This document shows, piece after piece, positions 53,318-64,000 of a stretch of DNA of 64,000 bases. Origin of the DNA: Camelus ferus. Its lineage: Eukaryota. The notes below the pieces were generated by a model. The model did no database searches, was not told the DNA's origin, and worked only from the letters and a program-made list of their open reading frames with translations. The position numbers and the translations under genes are program-made. Numbering within the stretch: the stretch's first letter is position 1; every line of letters begins with the position of its first letter. Location: the NCBI RefSeq assembly GCF_009834535.1, contig NC_045696.1, forward strand, positions 40,736,001 through 40,800,000, read 5' to 3'.

Positions 53318-53509
53318 ATGAAGAGGGGTTCCCACGATTGCCAGTCCAGATTGCCAGACAATACTGCTTTGAAGCAGCAGCAATTGCCTGCCTACCGGCT
53401 ACAGCTCACAGCCACCAAAATCCTCTCTGGATTTTTTATCACAGGAGTGTTCTGCCTTGGTGCGGGTGTCATCCTTCTCTTGTCTGCAAAGAACATCAAG
53501 GAAGTAGAG
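53318..53509 (+). CDS. TMEM30C: TMEM30C/CDC50C (P4-ATPase flippase beta subunit) first coding exon, 64 aa: MKRGSHDCQSRLPDNTALKQQQLPAYRLQLTATKILSGFFITGVFCLGAGVILLLSAKNIKEVE
   Basis: PDNTALKQQQLPA matches the CDC50-family N-terminal motif and is followed by a hydrophobic TM1. A at -3 of the ATG; donor GAG|gtttgt. Lies directly downstream of CMSS1, as in other mammals. Confidence 0.9.
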
Positions 53510-54967
53510 GTTTGTCCCATCTTACATTTTTAATGCAATTTTTAAGAATTTTTAGCTTTGGGACTATAAATGAGTGGTCAGTTTGAGAACACAGCCCCTT
53601 GACAGGGAACTAGACGGGACTGGAACATCCCTTTTCTAGCTGGCAGGTGCACATGGTGACAGAGCCTCTGCACCTGCCAGAGACTATATTCACCCCTCCT
53701 CCCTCTTGAGGACAATCACTCTCACTCTGGTCAGTTCAGCCATATTTGTTTCCAGGGACCTGGCAAAATCAGGAGCTTTTTATGCTGGCAGAGTACCGAG
53801 CAAGCGATTGGTATTGGCAGGCGAGAGGCAAGGCCAGACGCCCGAGTATCATGTTGATAAAAAGAGTGAAGAACCAAAGATACAGGTCTTCGATTTTGCC
53901 CAACTTTCAAGCATTGTGTCTTTCCCTTTACAAATGAACTCCCTCTGAGATCATTACTTTAATCTAGGAAAAGCAAGAACCTAAATCTTTCTGGCCTCAT
54001 CAGGATACTTAGCAAAATAAACCAAGTTCTACTCAGAGCTAAGGGCACACTCCTCAGTCACAAGCCTTTTGCCAATTTGATTTTTAACCTATCGGAGGAT
54101 GAGAATCCCAGAAGCTGGTTGGGGGAAGATCTGGTCTGAGCATGCCCACATTTGGTCTAATGAATTAAGTAAATGCTTCAGGCAAATCGGCTCTGGGTAG
54201 ATTACCAGATATCCCAGACCGTATGACCACCATTCTGAAGGCAGGCCTGGAAAGCTCATCTATTCCCTCTCCCCACGGGGACTAGTGGCAAAATTACCTT
54301 GAAGGCCAAGTCTGTCAACATTGATTTCGTGTTCATGAGTGTCTGCTGGTGCTAGGAGTTCTGCTGGGTGTGCAGACGAGTGAGGTAGGTAAGACTTGAT
54401 TCCTGCCCTCAGTGAACTAGTGACAGAGTAGGTAGGAGAGTGTGTGGTAAGAACACAGAGCTCAGCCACAGCTGGCTCGTTTTCCATATCCCAGCCCCAT
54501 CCTTGCACAATGCCATTACACTATAGGCACACACTTATCAAAAGGATGGATTAGGGCAGCTAGTGTGGACTTCAATGAGGAAAATGTCATCTGAGGTCCC
54601 ACTCCTCCTACCAACATATACTTCCCTACTGCCTTTCCACTGAAATTTTCTACTCCCCACCCCCCAGCTCCCAGCAGGTTATCTTCCTAGTGCCCCCAGG
54701 TCCTTTTGAGTCCTTTAGTGTAGTAATGTAAACCACCAGGCCACACCAGGTAGCAAATTAAACTTGCCTTGTTGAAGGGGTAGCAAAGTAATTGGCTTAC
54801 AAGATTGATACTCATTTCCACAAAAAGCTCATCCTGTTTACTTGTCCATTTTCTTCTTCACCAGCCCCTTTCACCAACACCTCCTGTGTGTTTCCTGCTT
54901 CATCCCTCCTGGTCACCCATCCCTATCCACTATGAAATGCAGCCTCCATTAAAAGGCAGCCATTGCT

Positions 54968-56445
54968 TAGCAGGGTACAAGATTGACATACAGAAATCTG
55001 TTGCATTTCTTTACACTAACAATGAAATATCAGAAAAGGAAAGTGAAAAAAAAATCCCTTTTAAAATTGCATCAAAAAATAAATAAAATACTTACCTCCT
55101 GCCAAGGAAGTAAAAGACTTATATGCTGAAAACTATAAAACATTGATAAAGGAAATTAAAGATGATTTAAAGAAATGGAAAGATATCCCATGCTCTTGGA
55201 TTGAAAGAATTAATGTTGTTAAAATGACCATACTACCCAAAGCAATTTATGTGATTAATGTGATCCCTATTAAATTATCCATGACATTTTTCACAGAACT
55301 ACACTGAAAATCCTAAAATTTATATGGAATCAAAAAAAAAAAAAAAAAGACCCAGAGTTGCCAAAGCAATCCTGAGGAGAAAAACCAAACCTGGAGGCAT
55401 AACCCTTCTAGACTTCAGAAGATACTACAAAGCTACAGTAATCAAAACAGTGTGGTCTTGGCACAAAAACAGGCATATGGATCAATCGAACAGAATAGAG
55501 AGCCCAGAAATAAACCCACACACCTATGTTCAATTAATCTACAACAAAGGAGGCAAAAATGTACAATACAGAAAAGACAAGTCTATTTGGCAAATGGTGT
55601 TGGGAAAGCTGAACAGCTGCGTGTCAGTCAATGAAATTAGAACACTTCCTCACACCATACACAAAAATAAACTCAAAATGGCTTGAAGACAAACATAAGA
55701 CAGGACACCATAAATCTCCTGGAAGAGAACAAAGGCAAAACATTCTCTGACATAAATTGTATCAATCTTTTCCTAGGTCAGTCTCCCAAGACATTCGAAA
55801 TAAAAGCAAAAGTAAACAAATGGTACCTAATTAAACTTATAAACTTTAGTACAGCAAAGAAAACCATAAACAAAATGAAAAGACAACCTATGGACTGGGA
55901 GAAAATATTTGCAAATGATACAACTGACAAGGGCTTAATTTCCAGAATATATGAACAGCTCATTTAACTCAATAACAACAAAACAAACAATCCAATCAAA
56001 AAATAGGCAGAAGACCTAAATAGACATTTCTCCAACGAAGACATACAGATGGCCAATAAGCATATGAAAAGATGGTCAATAGCACTAATTATCAAAACTA
56101 CAGTGAGGTATCACCTCACACTGGTCAGAATGGCCATCGTTAAAAAGTTCACAAACGATAAATGCTGGAGAGGGTATAAAGAAAAGGGAACCCTCCTTCA
56201 CTGTTGGTGGGAATGTGACTTGTTGCAGCCAAAACAGTATGGAAAACAGTATAAAGATTCCTTAAACTAAAAATAGTTATCATATAATCGACCAATCCCA
56301 CTTCTTGAGCATGTATCCAGAGAAAACTCTAATTCAAAAAGATACATGCACCCCAGTGTTCATAGCAGCGCTGTTTACAACAGCCAAGGCATGGGAGCAA
56401 CCTAAATGTCCATCAACAGATGACTGGATAAAGAAGTTGTGGTAC

Positions 56446-56486
<41 letters not shown>

Positions 56487-56940
56487 TATATAAAATGAAA
56501 TACTACTCAGGCATAAAAGAAAATGAAAGAATGCCATTTGCAGCAACATGGCTGGACCTAGATATTGTCACATGAAGTGAAGTAGTAAGTCAGCAATAGA
56601 CAAATATTGTATGATACTGTTTATATGTGGAATCTTAAACAAAAATGATACAAATGAACTTATTTATAAAACAGACTCACAGACATAGAAAACAAACTTA
56701 TTGTCACCAAGGGGAAGGGGTGGTAGGGGGATAAATTAAGAGTTTGAGATTAGCAGATACAAATTACTATATATAAAATAGATAAACACCAAGGTCCTAC
56801 TGTATAGCACAGGGAATTATTTTCAATAGCTTGTAATAAACTATAAGGACTAAATATATATGTATAACTGAATCACTATGCTGTACACGAGAAACTAACA
56901 CAGCACTGTAAATCAACCATACTTCAATTTTTTAAAAAAG
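54968..56940 (+). mobile_element. 5'-truncated L1 (ORF2 C-terminus plus 3' UTR) in TMEM30C intron, frameshifted
   Basis: ORF fragments resemble L1 ORF2p ([38 protein letters not shown]). Degenerate TSD gcagcc(a/g)ttgct at 54956-54967 and 56944-56955. Confidence 0.92.
56449..56482. repeat. (TG)n microsatellite inside the L1
   Basis: Directly visible in the sequence. Confidence 0.95.
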
Positions 56941-59324
56941 GAAGCAGCCGTTGCTGAATGCTGTCACCTCATGCATGTGAGAACTTCACCCCATTGTTGA
57001 TTCAAGACAACACTGCAAACAACTTTCAACAGAACGCTTTTATCATGATATTAAGGGGATTTTCCAACTGACTTTTCTTTTAAGCCACTGTTTCTAACAT
57101 TTTGCTTTCATACAGGAAGATCAGAAAAGAATGTAATCCTCTTTTGCACATGGAAGTGTTTTATTATGATGGGTAGTAAGATGAAGTGCTTATCCCAGGC
57201 CAGTGTGGCCAACAGAGGCCTAGTAGAAGAACAGAGTCCTAGTAGAAGAGTTTGGAACTGGCTTTCCTGTGCTCATTCAGCCCTGGGGCACATCAAGAAA
57301 GTGCCCTCCGTGCAGTTCACTTTAGGCAAGAATGATAATTCCTGCCTCTCCAAAATTCTGTGAGAAGCAAGCAGACTATGACCTTTGCTGTCATTTTTGA
57401 GCTATAGGTTTACAGAGTCACTCGAGCCACAAAGTAGACAGTAGATCAAAGATATATTTTTCTTATAAAATTTTTAGAGCTAGAAAGCACCTTAGATATC
57501 ATCTAGTCAAAAATTATTTGATCATGAAACACATTTTTTCCTAATTCTGCATTGACAGAACTCCAACAAGAATCCATGGAGTAGAATGTATACTACTACA
57601 GTGACCTCACAGATCGATTAATTGCAATCCAAAATGATGCTAGTGAACAAAATGTGGGCCTTGGACGTTAAGGATTTAACTCAACATCAGAGACTGAACT
57701 AGAAGCGCAGTGTCCCCAGTCATAGTTCAGTGTGCTAGCTCTCAGTTACGATACAGCCCTGTTCTTTAATGCTTTTTAAAAAATTAGAATGCAGTTTCAC
57801 AGACAAGGCATCAGTATTTTTAAAAATAATAATTCAAGGACCTAGAGATAGCCATTCTAATTAAAGTGGGCCAGAAAGAGAAAGAAAAATGCCACATGAT
57901 AATCACTTATATGTGGAATCTAAAAAAAAAAGTAAGAACACGAATGAACTACTTATTATTTATAACTTAGATGACTGATTTCTTGACTATGTGAAAGCAC
58001 ATTTGACAGTCCTTTATGGTTGGATTACATCATTCTGTTAATTCTTACTTTGTGGTTGGCTTTATTCCATTGACAACTATGTAAGTTTAAAAAGCTAAAG
58101 CTCTAATCTGTTCTGAGAAACAATGATCAGTACATATATGTAAACTAAAAGAAAAATGTGCCATATATTGTATATATGCATTTACATGCAATATAATATG
58201 TGCAGTCAAAGTGTAACAATTCTACTAATAAAACTGAAAAAGGAAAAAATAAAGATATCATGAAACAACAAAGGCAAAAAAAAAATAGTTCAACTATTGT
58301 TGCATACTTAAAGAATGATTTAAGCAATTAAGTAGTCTTTTGGCTAATCTTTAATTTAGTATTCACACTTTACCCATATTGACTTCAAACACCCAGTGAC
58401 TTAGCAAGCATTCAGAATTCTTTCTTGTCTTCTCTCCCTAAGAATCCAAAATCCCACTGGCAATTTACTGAGGAGAAAGCCAGTCCCTTGCTTCCCTGTC
58501 CTCCTCCATTCCCAAACTCTTCTAATTACTCCTCAACACAGTGAGGAAAAAGCAGAAGCCCTCTGCAGCACCCCACAACCACCCCTGGGCACTTGAGATG
58601 AATGTTTCCTGCAGCTGAAGGGAACCACACAACCCCATGACCTCTCTCTGAGCCACCCTTCCCAACTCTTCTTCCAGCTGCAGCTTCACATAACTGAGTC
58701 CTTGAGCCAGAGCTCACAGGAAAATGCCCATTTGGGACACACTACTGTTTTTTTATACCATTTTGCACAGATTTTAACTTTTAAACAACAGAATATAACA
58801 CCATTTTACAATTACTTTGCATACATCAGTAACTCTACATTTTGGAAACACTTCTTTTTTGTGTTTGGTCATCTTTAATAACTTCCTCTAGACAACATGT
58901 AGGAGAATTCATTAGAATAAATATTTTCCAGACAATAAAATGGAAAAACAGTGAAGTTGACTTCCCCATAAAGCTGGTTAGACACAGTTCTCGTGAGTCA
59001 TTGACTAATACTTTCCTAATGACACCTTTTTATGATGGAGGCATGAGGCTGCATCACAGGTTACATAAATATGCAGTAGAAACCCTGAGCTCCAGGTAAG
59101 TGGCAAAATGCTGCCAGATCCCAAAATTAAAGGCTGTAAGGAGGCCCACTCCCTCACATCCACGGAGCGCTCATGTCCTGCGCAGTGAGCTGCCGGGTTC
59201 ACATCCCAGACAGCATGCCCTCGACCTGGAGAGCTTGGAGATTTTGGTGGACTCAGGACTTTAATTTGAAGATCTGTATTCATGTCCTTTTTAATTAATA
59301 ATTGTTCTTTTCCCCACCTGACAG

Positions 59325-59435
59325 ATTAATTACACAGAAAAATGTTCAGATTGTGCAAAACTGCGGGAAAACACCGCTAATTTTGACAAAGAATGCACTT
59401 GCTCTATTCCCTTCTACCTCCCAGAGGCAATGAAG
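59325..59435 (+). CDS. TMEM30C: TMEM30C second coding exon (111 nt): INYTEKCSDCAKLRENTANFDKECTCSIPFYLPEAMK
   Basis: ttttccccacctgacag|ATT ... AAG|gtaagt; phase 0/0; NYT sequon and ectodomain cysteines match recalled CDC50C. Not present in the ORF track. Confidence 0.92.
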
Positions 59436-60010
59436 GTAAGTGAGATTCAAGAGCCTTCAGCTGGCTGTATGCTGCTCTATTCCTATTTAACACAGGGCAG
59501 TAAGTTCATGATCTCTACCAAATGCTTTCCAAAACTGAAAATACAAAAAAATAAAGCAGAGTGGAGTTGAGGGTCTGAGAAAGTGTTGAGTGCATGTGTG
59601 ACTCTCCCTTTCCCTTTTTTTCCTTTAGACTTTCATTCTTCCCCTTTGTTTCTAAGTTTCCAGATTCTTTACCCACCCAACTTTGTAACATAATTCTCAA
59701 CATCAATCAAACAGGTTTTACGCCAAATGTCAGCACAGGAGGGGACCATAGCAATCACTGGATCTAACCACTCATTTACAGTGAGAAACTTAATGGATTG
59801 AGAGGTTAAGTGACTTGACCAAGGTCACGCAGTGAGTTAGTGTCAAGGGTCACACACCTGGTGGGACTCTCCTTGGCTCCCCCTCCAAGTCATTCTACAC
59901 ATGCAGCTGCCTAGTCCCTAAGGCAACTCTTGGCCCAGCTGTCAGGCACTGTGAGAAATGCCAAAGAAATAAAAAGAGATGTCCCTGCTCTTAGGCGGAT
60001 TAAAGTCTCG

Positions 60011-60465
60011 TGTTGTCCAGGTCCTCTGAGGAGCAGATGCCAAGACTAGATTAGACATAACAGAGATTTATTGGGGGAGCTGCCTGTGAGGGAAAATATG
60101 GATGAAGCCAGAGGAGGCTGTGAGAACACAACACAGCTCTGACCCCTGGGAAGGAGAGGGGAGGGGAGAAGGAAGGCAGGGGCAGGCAGCGGCATGGGAG
60201 GGTAAAGAAGAAGGGAAGATGGGAGGGAGGGAGGAAGGAAGGTCTGCAGAAAATTCTTGAGAAAGTTTCGGCAAGGCCGACAGAGAGTCCTGGCCTCAGT
60301 ATCCCTGTTGCTCAGGCACTGGCTGGGAGCAGCCATGGGAGTGGGAAGCATGGCCTTGGTGCAGACACAGGATGACCTCAGAGCAGAGCAGCTGGAGCCG
60401 CCCCTTGATTACGCTCTCCGCAGTAGGAAATCAAGAGGCACCTTTTCAGGGCCTCTCTTGTCTTA
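60011..60465 (-). mobile_element. ERVL LTR (LTR16-like)
   Basis: gagcagatgccaagac...gagatttattggggga (antisense AATAAA) and a purine-rich body typical of the LTR16 group. Confidence 0.6.
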
Positions 60466-61379
60466 CAAGGTAGTCAGGACTTAATCAAATGAAAGTGTAT
60501 TTTCTTCAGCTTTTCAAAGGTTCTGTTCTGTCCTCTGGGCTTTGCAACTCTCCCCACAGCGCCCTCCTCCCTTACCTGGTTCGTCCCTCTTCCTTGCCCT
60601 TCAGAGATGACTCTGCATGGGATGCTTCCATGTTCAAGCAGGCCTTCTCTTCAGCTTCTCACTAAGCATCCCATCTCAAAGTCTGCTTCCTCCCCAAACA
60701 GGACTCACTGTCATCTCCTGAAAAACCCTCCTTACTTCCCTTTCTGCTAAAGATTCCATTGCCAAGACCCAAAGTTTTCCTCCTTGACTTTACCCTGCCT
60801 GCTCCTTTCTCATCCAGGCCTCTGATGTGTGAGCCCTGTTCTTCAATCCGTGTTTCTCCCAGCCACCCTCTCCCCAGTTCAGACCCTCCTGGTCTAGTAT
60901 CACAGTGACTTTAGTTGCTCTTCTAGCCTCTGGCTTCTACATTTAGCCAACTGTTATTTGCAAAATCAGTAGACCATGCCCTGCCCTCCACCTAAATTTG
61001 CACTCTCTCACATTGTTCTTCAACACTGGAGGCCCAGCTATCTTTTCATCTTTATCTCCATGGGAAACCTTGTACTCCTGCCAAACTGACCCAACCTGTT
61101 TTTCCATGATACAGCTCTCTATGTTCTTTTGCCTAGAAAGTCTCCCCTCTCACTGCCACCTGTAAGATCCCACCTGTGTTAAGTCCCTAGTATCCCAACC
61201 CTTCCTTGAGCCTCCTTTTCACTCATGTTTCGAGCAAGAATTTTGCCCACATTTGTATTCTGGGAGTGCTGTTCCCACTCTTCTGATGGACTTGCAGTCA
61301 CCCGTATAATATCCTATAGACTCGTTTCCTCTAATTACAGGAACCTCCCTGGGGACAGGGATCATGCTTTACGTGCCAC

Positions 61380-63090
61380 ATCACAGCTACTTACCCCCAC
61401 CCTGTATCTGCATACAGACTCAACCTTCCCACCTGTTACCACACGGGAACCACCCATGCTCCCATCTGAAGGCTTACCTCTCACTTATGCAATAGATGCC
61501 AGCCTTTCTTGTCTTTATAAGGGCTTAACTCAGCAGTTCTTACCTCTCATATATCATCAACTTTTCTCTCTCCTGGATCTTTCCCACCAGCACACATATT
61601 ATTTCTTAACATATCTGTAAAATACAAAAACAAAACACTCTTCTATCCTCCCAGATTTCCCTGCCAACTATTTGCCCATTTCTTTTCTCCTATTAGCAGG
61701 AAATCTCTTCAGAAGAGTCATCTGTCTTGGCTGTTCCCAGTTCCTCTCTTCTCATTCTCTCTTAGGCCCACTCCAATCAGGTTTTGGCCCCCAACACTCG
61801 CTGAAATTTCAAGGTTACCAGTGATTTCCACATGGATACATCCAGTGATGAATCCTTAGTGCCTCGACACCCACTGGACATAGGCGATCACTCCCTCATC
61901 CGTGACCCACTTCCTTCTCTAGGCTTTCAGGGCACCTTACGGTCTTGGTTTTCCTCCTATCTCTCTGGCCGCCTTCTTTGGTTCCATTGCTGTTCCTCTT
62001 ATTTTCCCCAAACTCTTTATGTTGAGATCCTCAGGGCTTTAGTCTTCTTCTCCTCTCTTATACACTCACTTCCTAGGAAACACCATCCACCTCCTAGGTT
62101 CAAATACCATCAATCACCAACACCCTATTTTATATCTCTAGCCCACACCTCTCTTCCAGTATCCACCCTTGTATTTCCAGAAGCCTTCCTCAGGTCACCA
62201 TTCAGATGTCTAATAGATATCTGAAACTCAACGTTTCCAAAACTGAACTCCTGATATCCATTCCTCCCCCTTATTTACTCTACACACCCCACCCCCCCTT
62301 AAAAACAAAAACAAAAAACCTGTTCCACCCACAGACTTCTTAATCTCAGGTGAAAATAACTCTGTCCTTCTGGTGCTCAAGCCAAAAGCCCAGGAGTCAT
62401 TCTTGACTCCTTTCACTCTCTCACACCTCGTATCCGTCCATCCTACTGGCCCTACCTTCAGAATATATCCAAAGTATATTCACCTCTGCCCCCTCTGCTG
62501 CTACTACCCAGCTCCACACCACATTCACCTCTCAGGTGGGGTTCTGAAATAGCCTCCTATCAGGTCTCCCTGTTATATCTATAGCTCAATATAGCAGCCA
62601 GAGTGAACGTTTTGAAGCATAAGTCATACGTTACTCCTTTGCTCAAAAATTTCTGCAATGGCTTCTCTTTCCACTCAGTGAAAAAGCCTAAGTCCTTACA
62701 AGCCCTTACATGATCCTCTTAACCTCCTCCCTTCATTCTCTTCCCCCATCCCCACTCTGACCACACTGTACTTCTTGTTCCCCAAACAAGTCAGGCATTC
62801 TCTTATGCCTGTCCCCAATTTTTGGTTGGCATTATCACCGAATAAGGCCTACACTGCCCATCCTATTTCACTGCAACCTGTCGCCTCACCTCACCCTGCA
62901 CTCCTAACTTTTGTTACCTCGCTGTATTTCCATTGTTTTCCACAGTATTCATCACCTTGTAACATGCTATATAAATGAACAGTTTATTATATGTATTGTT
63001 TATTGTCTGTCTCTCACTGTAATATCCCAAGCACCTGTAACAATGCCTGGCACACTGTAGTTGCTCAATTAATGGTTATGGAATGAACAT
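61380..63090 (+). mobile_element. L2 (L2a-like) RT region and 3' end
   Basis: ORF 61832-62224 contains DHSLI...SLGFQG...WFSSYLSG (L2 RT); ends cctggcacactgtagttgctcaattaatg. Confidence 0.85.
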
Positions 63091-64000
63091 ATGAATCTTT
63101 GCTTCCTCCACAGTGTATAGCACAGTAATTTTACATGGTAGATGCTCAGAAAATGTTTGCTGAAATGTTAAATTAATGGAAGAAAGATAAAGTGCTAAAT
63201 TATATGGCTTTATGCTCCAGGAAGTTTTGGTGTTTTGTGTCCCTTTCCTATTTCCCAATTGACCCCGGATGAACGCATGTTGGCATCAGTAATATTCTGA
63301 ATACAACTGTGTCTCTAATCATTTTTGTGAGTGTAAGTCAGACACAGATTATAAGGAAATTACTGAGCTGTACCTGGGTTGTAAGTGATATCTATATAAG
63401 GTCACTGGGAGAAGTTTTATATATGTGTTCTTTATTAGAGATCAAAACTGAGAATTTTGAGAATTCTCAAATTGTAATTCTCTACAGTTGCTGCCCTTTC
63501 TTGCCTTCCTCCACTCACTCTGCTGCCCCCATCAAAGTAAAAGTTAGTGTTGCTTTTTTTTTTCCTAAAAGCATTAAAAATTTATTCTCTAGAAATCAGA
63601 AGTCTGAAATCAGGGTGTCAGCAGAGTTGGCTCCTTCTTGAAGGCTCAGAGTGCTTACAATTTTAAAGAAGAAAATCCAAAAGATAAAAACCTTAAAGTG
63701 CTTGGGTTCCCATCTGTCTGTCCTTTAAAATCCTAAAGGCAAGTAAGTGTTACCAGCTGCTAACCATTCCTTTCAGGCAAAGGCTTTCTCATAAAAATCC
63801 AACCAAACTACTCAGGGAAACCACAGGGCCTTCAGCTCACCAGGTCACACATATCACACGTGCTAGACAATGGATCCACGGAGAGCTCTCTACCGTAACC
63901 TAGGAATTCGGCACCAAGTACCACAGGAGAGGAACAGCCTCACGAAGCGCATTGTGCCTCCAGGACTAATAAACAAGACAATGGTCTCGGAGGCCTTGTT

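Noticed and set aside
53284..53586. 100-aa ORF overlapping TMEM30C exon
   Set aside because: Alternative frame with a TTG start and no family resemblance; the 53318 frame carries the CDC50 motifs.
55324..56493. Cluster of ORFs resembling reverse-transcriptase-element protein
   Set aside because: Frameshifted fragments of a dead 5'-truncated L1 ORF2, not a host gene.
63197..63211. aaattatatggcttt = KLYGF, resembling the expected TMEM30C next exon (YYKLYGFYQN)
   Set aside because: Flanking codons do not match (no GNVYMYY before, no YQN after) and there is no suitable acceptor. Probably chance; the exon is likely beyond 64000.
1..64000. CRISPR arrays, operons, phage or defence systems, rRNA or snoRNA genes
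   Set aside because: The sequence is eukaryotic intron/TE DNA; I recognised no regularly spaced repeat-spacer array or structured RNA gene.

Overview
Mammalian, repeat-rich genomic DNA, most likely from a camelid: it carries two tRNA-Ala-derived Vic-1-type SINEs, and I saw no Alu, B1/B2, PRE1 or Bov-A/BovB elements. Two spliced + strand genes can be rebuilt by eye. (1) CMSS1 coding exons 2-10 (21160-49446, 776 nt, all GT-AG with consistent phases), with an AATAAA at 49645. Exon 1 lies upstream of the window, so 1-21159 is the end of intron 1. (2) The first two coding exons of TMEM30C/CDC50C (53318-53509, 59325-59435), which are intact here; the rest of the gene lies beyond the window. The remainder is mostly old TE debris (L1, HAL1, L2, MIR, MaLR/ERVL/ERV1 LTRs, hAT MITEs) and microsatellites. 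Nearly all entries in the ORF track are spurious or TE-derived. I found no prokaryote-type system and nothing I can honestly call a new biological system. The best leads are a 93-bp double-poly(A) retro-insertion (possible L1 3' transduction) abutting the CMSS1 exon 2 branch point, a possible LTR-derived first exon for TMEM30C, and a well-preserved MER53 hairpin. Gene and TE family names come from recalled sequences, not database searches, and TE boundaries are approximate.
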